Part shown: positions 47,221 to 57,033 of the stretch, one piece after another
Numbering within the stretch: position 1 is the first letter of the stretch
Layout: every line of letters starts with the position of its first letter
Notes under the pieces: model-generated
Seen by the model: only the letters and a program-made list of their open reading frames with translations
Told to the model about the DNA's origin: nothing
The model's database searches: none
Assembly: GCA_031835245.2 (NCBI GenBank)
Contig: JAVKOQ020000092.1
Span: 124,001-181,033 of the forward strand
Origin: Balamuthia mandrillaris
Taxonomy: Eukaryota
Reading direction: 5' to 3'
DNA: 57,033 nt
Translations under genes and position numbers: made by a program

Positions 47221-48484
47221 TCAATCTGGCTGCTCGCCATTGTCTTTGTCCCATTGGGACAAGTCCAAACACCAACGGGAAGATGCGGAAGCGCGGCTGT
47301 CTTTGTCCCAAGGGCACCCGTTCTGTCTTGCCCACTTCAGCACGCCCAGGTATCCTTCGCGTGCAGCGCTCCTGCAGGTTTCTTCGTCCCAAGGGCAGCC
47401 GTGCTCCCTTGCCCATTGCAGCACCTCCAGGTGTCCATTCTCAGCAGCAGAGGAGCACGTTTTTTCATCCCAAGGGCAGCAGTTCTCTCTTGCCCATTGA
47501 AGCACCTCCAGTCGCCCTTTCTCTGCTGCCGCTGCGCAAGCGTTTTCGTCCCATGGGCAGCCGTTCTCTCTCGCCCATCGCAACACATGAAGGTGCCCCC
47601 CTTCAGCCGCCACGCGGGGGATTTGCTTGCTCCGACTTCCAGCTTCATCCGCCCTTGCTGAGCCATTGCAGCACCTCCAAGTGTCCACCCGCAGCGGCCG
47701 CGAGGCAAGTCGTCCAATCCCACTCGGTTCCATGTGCTCGCAGCCACTGCAACGCTTGCAAATGGCCACCCCTTGCTGCTGAGTTGCAGGTAAGCCTGTT
47801 GAAGCGGTATCCCTGCTCTCTGGCCCACTGGAGCACTTGCAGGCTGCCCCCTTCGGCTGCATAGATGTGCGTGGTTGTGTCCCAGCAGTAACGGTGCCCT
47901 TGCGCCCACACCAACACCTCCAGTGCGCCTTGCTTAGCTGCCAAGCTCAACGACCAGCGGTTGATGGGGAAGCCCTGCTCGTGCGCCCACCTCAGCACCT
48001 CCAGGTGCGTGCTGCACACTCCGTACCGCTCCCAAAACCAAGGGCAGTCGCGGGCAACCGCCCACTTCAACACTTCCAACCGGCCGTTGGTGGCTGCGCT
48101 GCGGATGGTGGTCTCGTCCCAAGGACAGCCTTTCTCCTCTCTGAGCCATCGTAACACCTCCAATCGACCCTCTCCAGCCGCCGCCATGCAGGTCCCCTCA
48201 TCCATGGGGTACCCGTTGTCGAAAGCCCGTTGAAGGAGCGGCAAGCTGCTGCACAGACGTCGGACGGAAAGCTTGTGTCGGAATTGTGGGGAGGAGCAAG
48301 CGAGCCAGCGACGACAGGTCCTGGCGGCCAGCGCGACCGCGTCCTCTGGCAGCATCGCCAACACGTGGCACAACAGCTCATCGCTTAGGCATTCTTCCAC
48401 AAAGCATGGCCGCGTTACTGCTGCGGTGCGGTCATTGTCCTCTTCACGAGCTGCTGTACGCTTGCATGGAACGTGTTGGGACAT
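47221..48484 (-). pseudogene. F-box + ankyrin-like repeat protein (Pandoravirus/NCLDV-type GHLEVLQWARE.GCPWD repeats), disrupted by a stop and a frameshift
   Basis: F-box CLSDELLCHVLAMLPEDAVALAARTCRRW, then ~11 repeats of AAxxGHLEVLQWARExGCPWD. TGA at 47645-47647 and a GCAA duplication ~15 nt downstream; the repeats continue in the shifted frame. Intronless and GC-rich. Confidence 0.8.
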
Positions 48485-48645
48485 ATTCTTTTTGTTTTTG
48501 GCTTCGTCCCACACGGAGGGTGCACCCTGTGTTTTTGGCTTCGGTCGGTTTCTTCAAGGCTGGCCTGTTTATTCAGTTCGCTGAACGCTTTTATCGAACG
48601 ACCCCGGTCGTTTTATTGTTTATTTTGTTTTTGTGCTGGTAAAGG

Positions 48646-49198
48646 TCACTTAAGCACGGTGGTGGCAAGAATGCGTTGAAGGGTGGCAGGGAGGTCTTTG
48701 GTGTCCATGCAAACGTGGGCGAGGCCTGGTGGTATCTCTCTGCTTATCCTTAATGGGTTTTTTGCGTTTGTTTAGGGTTTCACCGACAAGAGTGAGAGAG
48801 AAAGAGAGAGAGACCATGCAAATGGTTCGCGTTAAAGCGAAGAAGAGAAGAGGGAAGAGAAGAGAGAGAGCTGGTACCTTGCGGCTTCGTCCCAAAGGCT
48901 TGCAATGAAGATACAATTGGCTCGCACTTTGGGGTTGCTTTGTAAGATTTGGCCAAGCTTTTATTTGCGGAGACAGGAATGTAAGAACATAGTAAACCTG
49001 GAAAAACAAAGCGGAGCGAAAAATAACGTACGCGAGCAGGAGCAATGCCATAACGTTCTAAGTTGGCATCGCTCAACGTGATGACAAAATGCTCGTCTCC
49101 TGGTTCTTTGCTTAGTTCTTCTATCGCCATTTTTGTGGCTTCTAGCGTGTAATCACCGCTCCTGCAAGAAGAGAGCCATCAGAGAGCGAGAGAGAGAG

Positions 49199-49236
<38 letters not shown>

Positions 49237-49789
49237 CAGGCCTCAAGGGATTTTTGTCTTACATGCAATATTGAGAGTGCGCAGCCATACGTTGGATGAC
49301 CTGAAAACGCTCCTTTCTGTTTTGGGGTATCCGCGTAGGATATACAAACGGGATGGAAGGTGAATCGCCTGAAAAATGTATGTCAGCAAACAAAAAGTTG
49401 AAAAGAAACAAGGAAGAAAGGAAGAAACTCCAAACCAGAATGGCCAACCATCCAATAATGAAACTTTTGCTCATAGCCGTGAAGCGATTCCATCAACTAT
49501 GCATAACTGTTGGTTAACTAACACATTCGCAAGAAATGAAAGACAAAAGATGCAATACCAGTACTGCTGTAGCCAACATGCGATCCAAGCGACCATCATA
49601 GCTGTTGAATCGATACATGCTAGAGTAACAAAATATGGATTAATAATGACAAGAGGAAGAAAAGAAGAGCATCAAAAGAACAGGGATAGTACCTTCCGCT
49701 GACATCCATCACAAAACGCAGCTTCTTTGGTTGTTTCTGAGGTCCAAAAAACACATTCGTATTCTCTCCTAATCCAAACATACACAAAG

Positions 49790-49833
<44 letters not shown>

Positions 49834-52800
49834 CAAAGCGTGAAAAATTTGTTCGTTTGTTGACAATCAAACAGCTCACCTCTACGTTTGTAGATGCCGC
49901 GCTCGCCCGCTATCGCTTCTACTAGAGCTCCCTCATCGAGCTCAGCCCCCGAGCTTTGTCTTCGTAGCCATTCTCTTTCTTTGGATTTGGCTTGCAAACT
50001 TTCCAATATAACCCGAAGTTGCCCTATCTGAAAGAGAGCAAGAGCAGTTACATTGATGTTCTCTTTTGTTCTTCTCTTCTCTCTCTCTCTCCTTCGTGTT
50101 CTGTTAATAAAAACATACCTGTGACTTAACCGAGAAAAGATAGTCTTCGTATACGGAAGCCTGATCCAAAGTCATGTCTATATCCTTCAGCCTTTGATTC
50201 AAAGCTTCTCTCGCCATGGCTTTGGCTGCATCCCTCGTTTCCTTTGAGACTCGTCTCTTCTCCTCGTCGCTGATCTGATGAACAGGATGACCAGCGTCCA
50301 AACGGTATGGGCCTCCTTTGCCTCCTAAACCGGCTGTGTCGGCTCCTCCTGTGCCTCCTGCCCAAGTGTTGCCTCCCACGTGAGGACTGTTGGTTGGATC
50401 GTGTTTGCCATGTTTTGGTGCTTTGGCCTTTGGATGGTAATTATTGATCAGAATATAAGCACGCAGAGGATGAGAAACAAATAAGAAGGAGAAATGTGGC
50501 CCTAGCATATGAAGAAGAACAGGGAGAAGAACAAGAAGAACAACTAAATACCTCACGCGAGTTGTCATAATCAAGAATCAACTCGAGTCTTTCCTTCCCT
50601 CTCGCGCCTCCCACACCATATGCTTCACCATCCTCGGCACCGTACAACGGGGGCAATCCAGCACGAACGAGTGCTTCCTGAATACGTCGTCTTGTTTCAG
50701 GATCACCCCAAAGCGGACTGCAATCGAAAGCGAAAACATTGAGCAGAGCCTTTTCTATCCCCTCATTCGGAAAAGCTTCCAAATGTTTTGCAATGTTGAC
50801 GCACTCGCGAGTGGAATAAGGGTAAGTGAGTTGTCCGTTTTCCACCAACAAACGAAGCTCAGCAAAAGCTTTAGTGAGAGAGGTTAACGTTGATAGAGGC
50901 ACGTTTGGAGCGTAGCTTCGGAGTAATTGAAGTTCTGAATCGACATCCGGATTGTCTATCGGGTGACTGTTCGTTTGGAATCAAAAATAAAGGGTGACCG
51001 AACGAGAAAGAAATACTGACCTGCTAAACAGATCGCCACACTCAGCAAAGAAATCGTTTCCCTACATCGTTTAATGCGTTACAAGGAGAAGGACGAAGGA
51101 GAGGTAAAGAACGAACAAAAATAAAAAGAACAAATACATACCAAAAACGGCCAGCCAGGCTTATTCGCCAGCACTATCATCCTGAAGTTTGGATGCATCA
51201 CAATAACGTTCTTCCCTTCTGCTCCTTCCTTCTTGTCTGGTCTATGATCTACCATATAAGAAGGAACAATGTGTCGACCATCCGCCAGAGTCATTTCACC
51301 ATCCACCAAAGACTGAAAGACACAAACAACTTCAGGTGGAGCCTTGTCGGCCTCGTCCACCACTAAAACGTGGCCTTGACGAACTGCTTCCACTAGAGGA
51401 GAGTCCTCCCAAACGATTTTACCATCTTGTAATGATGGTTGTTGAGTCAATGATGCCACTGTTTTTTTTTTTTTTTTTTTGTTGGGTTTGTTGAATGGTG
51501 AAAAACGAAGTAAGAAATGGAAGAGGATTCTAAAAGTATAGAAAGAACCGAGAATAGTAACAAAATGAAAGAGAAATAGAAAAGAATGGAGAGGAGTGTT
51601 GAAAGGAAAAGATACCAGTGGTGTCTCGGTGCAATTGAACATACTGGCGAGGCAGTCTCAACATCTCCAAGAACCGATCGGTGAGTTTGTTCTTGCCAAC
51701 ACCTTGCGGACCTATCAACAACAAGTTCTCTCCTTCTTCCACGAAATCTCTATACATTGCTTCCAACAAACGTTCATGAGAAGGAATGTTGTGAAACAAC
51801 ACTTCTGGTACTAAGTGATGATAACTGTCATCCTCTTTCTTCTGCTCTCTCCAAATAGTTGAAGAAGAACGAGACGAAGGAGAAAGAGAGGAAGAGAGGC
51901 CCGCTTTTGAGAGAAGATCGTCAAAGATGCGTTTGGAGAGAGGAGGAAGGAAGCGATAGAGGCATGCACTTTTCAGGATGTCACTGGCTTCTCCCGGATG
52001 ATGAATGACTTTACGGCAACATCGTAACCACGTTCGAAGCGGAAAGTCTACCCCGAGAGCAGATGAAGAAGAAGATGACGAAGAACGGAGTAATAGAGCA
52101 AACTTGATGACAGAACGAAGAGCTTGCATTGCTTCTGAGCTCAACTCTTCTTTTTGTTCACGTTGTAAAATGTAAGACAAGAGTTGTTCTTCTCTTTCTT
52201 TGTTTGATACTTCTTCAATTCTTCTTGTTAAAGGCGATGAAGATGAATTAAAAGCAGAAGAAGAAAGCAATGGAGGCATTTGGTGAAAACGAAACATGGA
52301 GAGAAGTTCGGGAGTGACATAAGGATGAGAAGAGGAGGGAAAGTTGCCAGTGGCGACGATGCGGAACGAAGGATGAACGGCAAAGATGCCCCTTTGGTTG
52401 AGTTCTTCAGCGGTCAGAGACGTTTCTTTTTGTAATTCTTCAAAGACTTCGTTGGGGACAAGTCTTCTTCCATCTATTAAGGTTGCCTGTTGTTTGTGTG
52501 GTATGTTGAATAATAATAAATTAAAGTTTGAAAACTGAGCAAAAGAGAGAGGGAGAGAGAGAGAGAGAGAGAGAGAGGAAGAAGATACTTGTCGTTCGCA
52601 GATGAGATTTTGCAGGACAGAAAGGGTACTAATGGGTAGCCGATCAATGTTATCTAGAATAGCCACTCTTCCATGAATAGCAGCTCTGATGAGAGGACTC
52701 GGCTCCCAACAAGAGCTTGGTGTGCGATTGTTGGAAGAACCCTCTTCACTTTTCAATAAAATAAGTAAAAGAAAACAAATAAAGATACAACATAAGCAAA

Positions 52801-55172
52801 TACAAAAAAGAAAGGAAGGAAGAAAGGTGAATACGAACTCTTGTGTGTAAGCAGTTGCTCGCCGTTGTAACAAATCTTGGGTGCTCATGTCTTTGTAGAG
52901 CATCATGCACTCTGTCTCATATCCTAACATGCGAGCAAACTGGCGAGCAATTGTAGACTTTCCAGATCCTTTCTCTCCAATAATACAGATATCTGCGAAA
53001 GAGGAAACAGGATGAGAATGCGAGAGAAAAAGAAAGAGAAGCAGAGAACAACAGAGAGCAAGAGAGGATGAAGTATATACCTTTATCGACAGCATGATCC
53101 ACTAACATATTGGCAAGCACAGCAGACGAGGCAGAACTTGGCACAAAATGAGGGAGAGAAGCGGGTGGGTGAGGACCTGCTCTCACATCTACCGAAACTG
53201 TCTCGTTAGCTCCTCCGCCATATCTCAGCTGCACTTGTTTCCTCCATTCACCTTCTTTTTCATCTGGTTTGCTTTGCACGTCGGAATGATGGGAAAGAAG
53301 AAGAGTGGATGAGGAGGTGTCGCTTCCAAAAGCTTTCAGGAGAGCTTTGGATACTATTTTTCTTTGGTACTTGTTGTGATCCGGATTAGGATTGCAAAGA
53401 TAGAAAGGATAAGCCCTTGCTATGAGGTCAGGGATGGAAATGGTCTTGGATGGAAATTTGTCCAGAGTGGCTGTGATGGAGAGAAATGCTTCCTCTGGGA
53501 AGGGCGGCAACTGAGCTACTAGGTCTTCGAATTCTTTGTCTGTTTGGTGCTGTTAGAAAAAACAAAACGAAAACAAAAAGACAGAACTTGGTATAAAGAT
53601 GGACAGCAACAACAAAAAGAGATTAAACAGTTAACCTTTTCCTACGTGCTGACATAACTCGACGAACGTAACCAATCTGCGAATGGTATCCGTTGGCACG
53701 TTTGGATACTGCTCCGACAGAAGCGAAAGGCGTGAATCTAAAGAGAGAGGGCCAACGTTAAACACTTGGAACCGTGAACGTAGTGGTGGATCCAAAGGAT
53801 TGCCCATAAATCGTGGCACCTATTTACACCGTAGAGAAGCGAGTCAGAAGAGGAGAGAAATAGAGATTATAGAAAAAATAGAATAGAATGAGAGCAAGAG
53901 AGAGAGAGAGAGAGAGAGAACGAAAGGACTAAAGAATGAGAGAAGCAGAGGAGAGAAGATACCGGCACAGCCAAAGCGATCACTCTGAAATTGGGATGAA
54001 CACGAACTACGTTCAACGCTTTCATCTCCTCTTCAGAGCGAGTGGCCCGCAGCTTGTCGTAACGTTCAGCGTTCATCAAAAAGCGACCGTCCTCCAAAGC
54101 CATTTCTCTGTTTTCCAACAGATTATTCAATAACGGGAGAATGTTGCGTTCTGCTTTCTCTAATCCTTCTAAAATCAGCACACGACCTTCTATTGCTGCT
54201 CTCACTGCGCTTTGGTCTGATGTGATGTGATAAATATACTCGTTAGGAAGAAACAGATGAATACGAGAAGAAGAACAAGAAGAAGAAGAAGAAGAAGAAG
54301 AAGAAGAAGAAGAAGAAGAAGAACAAGAAGAAGAAGAACAAGAAGAAGAAGAAGAACAAGAAGAAGCAGAAGAACAGGAAAAAACAAGAAGAAGAAGAAG
54401 AAGAAGAAGAAGAAGAAGAAGAAGAACAACAACAACAACAACAACAAGTCTGGAGAAGAGAAGTGAAGCAAGAAGGAGAGCAGCAAAGAGAGAGAACGAG
54501 AAAAGTCTGGATGAAAGGAAAAGCAAAAAAAAAAAAAAAAACAAACCAACAAGCATTACCGTGCGTCCCCGAATCTCTCTCCTCTGCTTGAGGTCGGCCT
54601 CCGTGGTGTCCCTCGACAGCGACACCAGCTCCGCCGCTCGGTGGGTGAGCTCGCAGAAGCGCAAGGCCAGGCGGCGCCTCATGGCCCCCTCGGAAGGGGG
54701 ACCCAACAGCAGCATGTCCTGGCCGAGCCGCTCCTTCTGGAGCATCCAACGGAGGGCGTGGAGGGCTTCCTGCGTCTCCGTCAGCCGTTTGGCGGTGGCC
54801 CTCGCTCGGGGGATGAGGAGGGAATGGAGGGAAAGGAGGAGGAGAAGGAGAGAGCGAAAGGGAGGTGTCGCCGATGGTGACACGGGTGTGAAGAAAGCGG
54901 GAGAGAGAGCCTATTCCCCTTTTTGCTGCGGTTGATGAGGAAAAGGAGAGGGGAGAGGGAGAGCGATGAGGAGTGAGGAGGGGTCGATGCAAAGAAAGCG
55001 GAGGAAAAGCGGCCGCCGGGCAGAGGAAAGAACGTTGGTGCTTGTCCATCTCCTCACTGGGATGAGAGAAGGAACAGCAAAAGGGCTGAAAGCGGGCAAG
55101 GAGGAGGGGCTCGAGGCCGCTCCTTGGGCTCCAGTTCCACGGAGAAGAAGCGCCGGTCTCTCCTCTTCTCAT
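48646..55172 (-). CDS. VWA8: von Willebrand factor A domain-containing protein 8 (VWA8, AAA+ ATPase), multi-exon, apparent frameshift near 54830
   Basis: LRWMLQKERLGQDMLLLGPP, LSRDTTEADLKQRREI, LILEGLEKAERNILPLLNNLLENREM, GNPLDPPLRSRFQ, IIGEKGSGKS, LIGPQGVGKNKLTDRFL, YPYSTRE, PKHGKHDPTNSPHVGGNTWAGGTGG, MIDAS VMDVSGS, LSDANLERYGI. Confidence 0.93.
54264..54446. repeat. Intronic (GAA)n/(CAA)n microsatellite
   Basis: Direct inspection; first intron of VWA8. Confidence 0.92.
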
Positions 55173-55203
55173 CCTTTTTCGTTTTTTCTTCCAAGTCTTA
55201 CTT

Positions 55204-55233
55204 TCATGTCGACATGATCTGTCACAAGTCGAC
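55204..55233. promoter_or_regulatory. Perfect 14-bp palindrome TCATGTCGACATGA plus a second GTCGAC in the divergent VWA8/PAC2 promoter
   Basis: TCATGTCGACATGA at 55204-55217 and GTCGAC at 55228-55233; 32 bp upstream of the VWA8 ATG. Confidence 0.55.
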
Positions 55234-55516
55234 GCTTAATTTATCTACCAACAGGAAAATGGATAAATCTAACCAATGAAAAATCATAGACTGCAAATTT
55301 GATGTAAATCTTATGGAAAACTGGAGGAAAGAACGATGAAATGATAATGAAACAAATATAGCGCGGTGTTACTCGGCGGACTGCGTTAACTTTTTTTCCA
55401 CGCACCGTAAGCTGGCAAACGCAGGCAAGCTTACGAGCTGTACCGAACCAACAACACCCAATTTTTTTTTTTTTTTTTTTTTACATAGCAAACTTTTTTT
55501 TTTACAGCACAATAAC

Positions 55517-57033
55517 ATGTCCACAACGACGACCGAAGCGCAGCCTTTGAAAGGCGGAGAGAAGGAGGGCACCGCCGAAAAAAAGGAGGCAGACACCGAC
55601 AATGTCTCCCTTCGACGGAAGGAGGAGGACAACCGCACCCCTGAAGAGGTCATCGGCACCGTCAAACGACACAAAGTCATCATGAAGGTTCGTCGTCTAG
55701 GTTTCCCTTTCATTCCTTTGCATTGAAGCTCACTTCGTGGCACAACACAGCAAGACTTTGGGGAGGACCTGACGCTGTTGGAGTTTGAGAGCATTGACTG
55801 TGATGGCGCCCCTGTGATCGACGCCTTCCCCTCTGTAGGCGTAAGTATTTTGCCTCTGCGCGCTGTCTTCCTCTTCCTTCGCTCTTCTCTTCTCTTCTCC
55901 TCTCCACTTCTCTCCTCTCTTTCTCTCTTCTCCTATACTCTACTCTCGCTCTCTGTTTCTCTCTTCCCTCTTTCCTTTTGTTGTTCCCTTGCCGCTCTCC
56001 CCTTCTTCTTCTTCTGCTAACAAACAAAAATGCGCACATAAGGTGGTGAGCATACTGACAGGAATGCAGCTCATCAAAGACATGAAGCTTCCTCTGATCG
56101 GCGTGCTGACCTCTCCGTTGTTCTCGTCCATGTGCGCCGTGACCAACGAACAACCAGCCCACTCTGCGCGCCTCTACGGAGACCGTCGTCTCGTCGTCTT
56201 CATTTGTGAAAACGAACTGCCCAAGGGTTAGCTTATCCCCTTCTTCTCTATTCTCCATATGTTCTTCTCATTTCAATGAACTTATAAACAAAACTTACAG
56301 AAGCGGTAGCGACAGTGGTGGAGTGCATCTTTTCCTTTGCACTTCGTCACAAGTCCCCGATGATATACACTATTGAGGGCATTCCAAGCGGCGACAAGAT
56401 CAAGCTGCCCTCTGGCGAGGAGGTCCAGCTGAGCGCCGCCGGAGAGGAAGAGGAGGAGTTGGACACTGGAGTGGAGAAGATCATAATTGACGACACTGCA
56501 TTGGCTGAGCTCTACTTGAAGCAAAAGAAGAAGAAAGAGGAGGATGAGAAGAAGCAGAAAGAAGCAGAGGGACAGAAGGAAGAAGCAAAGGACGGAAAGC
56601 AACAAGAGAAGAAGGAAGCCGCCACGAAGGCGAAAGGCAAGAAAAAAGAAGAGGATAAAAAGAAAGGAAAAGGCAAAAGAAGATCTGCTGAAGAAGCAGA
56701 CGAAGAAAAAGAAGAGGAAGAGGAGAGCAAAGAAGAGCTGGCTGAAAGACTCTACGGTGACAAGATCCATTACATCACGACAGACATCCAACTGGCGCGA
56801 AAGCTTCGCTCCATGGGCCTCGTGCCCGTCGTGGATGGCACCATCCCCGGCGTGACCGGCGGTCTCATGGCCTCCGCTCCGCTTACCACGCAGGAGGTGA
56901 CCGCCATCCTGGCCCCAACTAGCACCGTCCTGCCCAACACCGCCTCCGCGGTGGACGTCCTGAAGCTGTTGGCTCAGCTGTTGCCGGACATTAGCCTGTC
57001 CTCGACGCAGGAGCTGGAGAAGGTGAGCGGAGA
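55517..57033 (+). CDS. PAC2-family proteasome assembly chaperone-like protein with a charged insertion, 3'-partial
   Basis: VIDAFPSVG|VVSILTGMQLIKDMKLPLIGVLTSPLFSSMCAVTNEQPAHSARLYG...LVVFICE, IYTIEGIP, GTIPGVTGGLM...AILAPT...PNTASAVDVLKLL resembles the PAC2/DUF75 consensus; the frame is open to the window end. Confidence 0.7.

Noticed and set aside
47640..47650. In-frame TGA at a cysteine position, suggesting selenocysteine or stop readthrough
   Set aside because: A frameshift follows within ~15 nt and the position is a structural repeat cysteine; simple nonsense decay is more parsimonious. No SECIS was recognised.
55406..55435. Hairpin CGTAAGCT...AGCTTACG upstream of the PAC2-like gene
   Set aside because: An 8-bp stem can arise by chance; no tRNA or other ncRNA features around it.
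13626..57033. Apparent proteostasis cluster (Rpn12, two F-box genes, Ste24, YME1, DNAJB12, VWA8, PAC2-like)
   Set aside because: The genes are interspersed with unrelated ones, act in different compartments and belong to large functional classes; chance co-occurrence is likely.

Overview
Gene-dense eukaryotic nuclear DNA. It has about 22 protein-coding loci, most split by short GT-AG introns full of (CT)n/(TTC)n microsatellites, and proteins rich in poly-S/E/Q tracts. The style and gene content (Frizzled/Smoothened-like GPCR, TKL kinase, giant-virus-type F-box/ankyrin gene) suggest a free-living amoebozoan such as Balamuthia; this is inference, not proven. Recognisable genes: TIGR02452/bacterial-type PARG macrodomain protein, class-3 lipase, PH-patatin phospholipase, secreted EQ-repeat protein, YdeI/OmpD-associated protein, GST, Rpn12, F-box + 2OG-Fe(II) oxygenase, Fsl-type GPCR, Ste24-like protease, LYR protein, a headless SNF1/MARK-like kinase, YME1/FtsH, TBC RabGAP, TKL kinase, a pseudo-lipase + P-loop GTPase fusion, DNAJB12/14, a disrupted F-box/ankyrin gene, VWA8 and a PAC2-family protein. 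No rRNA, tRNA, CRISPR array or intact transposon was recognised. The most notable observations are a recurrent palindromic promoter motif (TGTCGACA), two apparent pseudo-enzymes, unusual domain fusions, prokaryote-like and virus-like genes, and several frameshifts inside microsatellites. Gene spans and splice sites were read by eye and are approximate.
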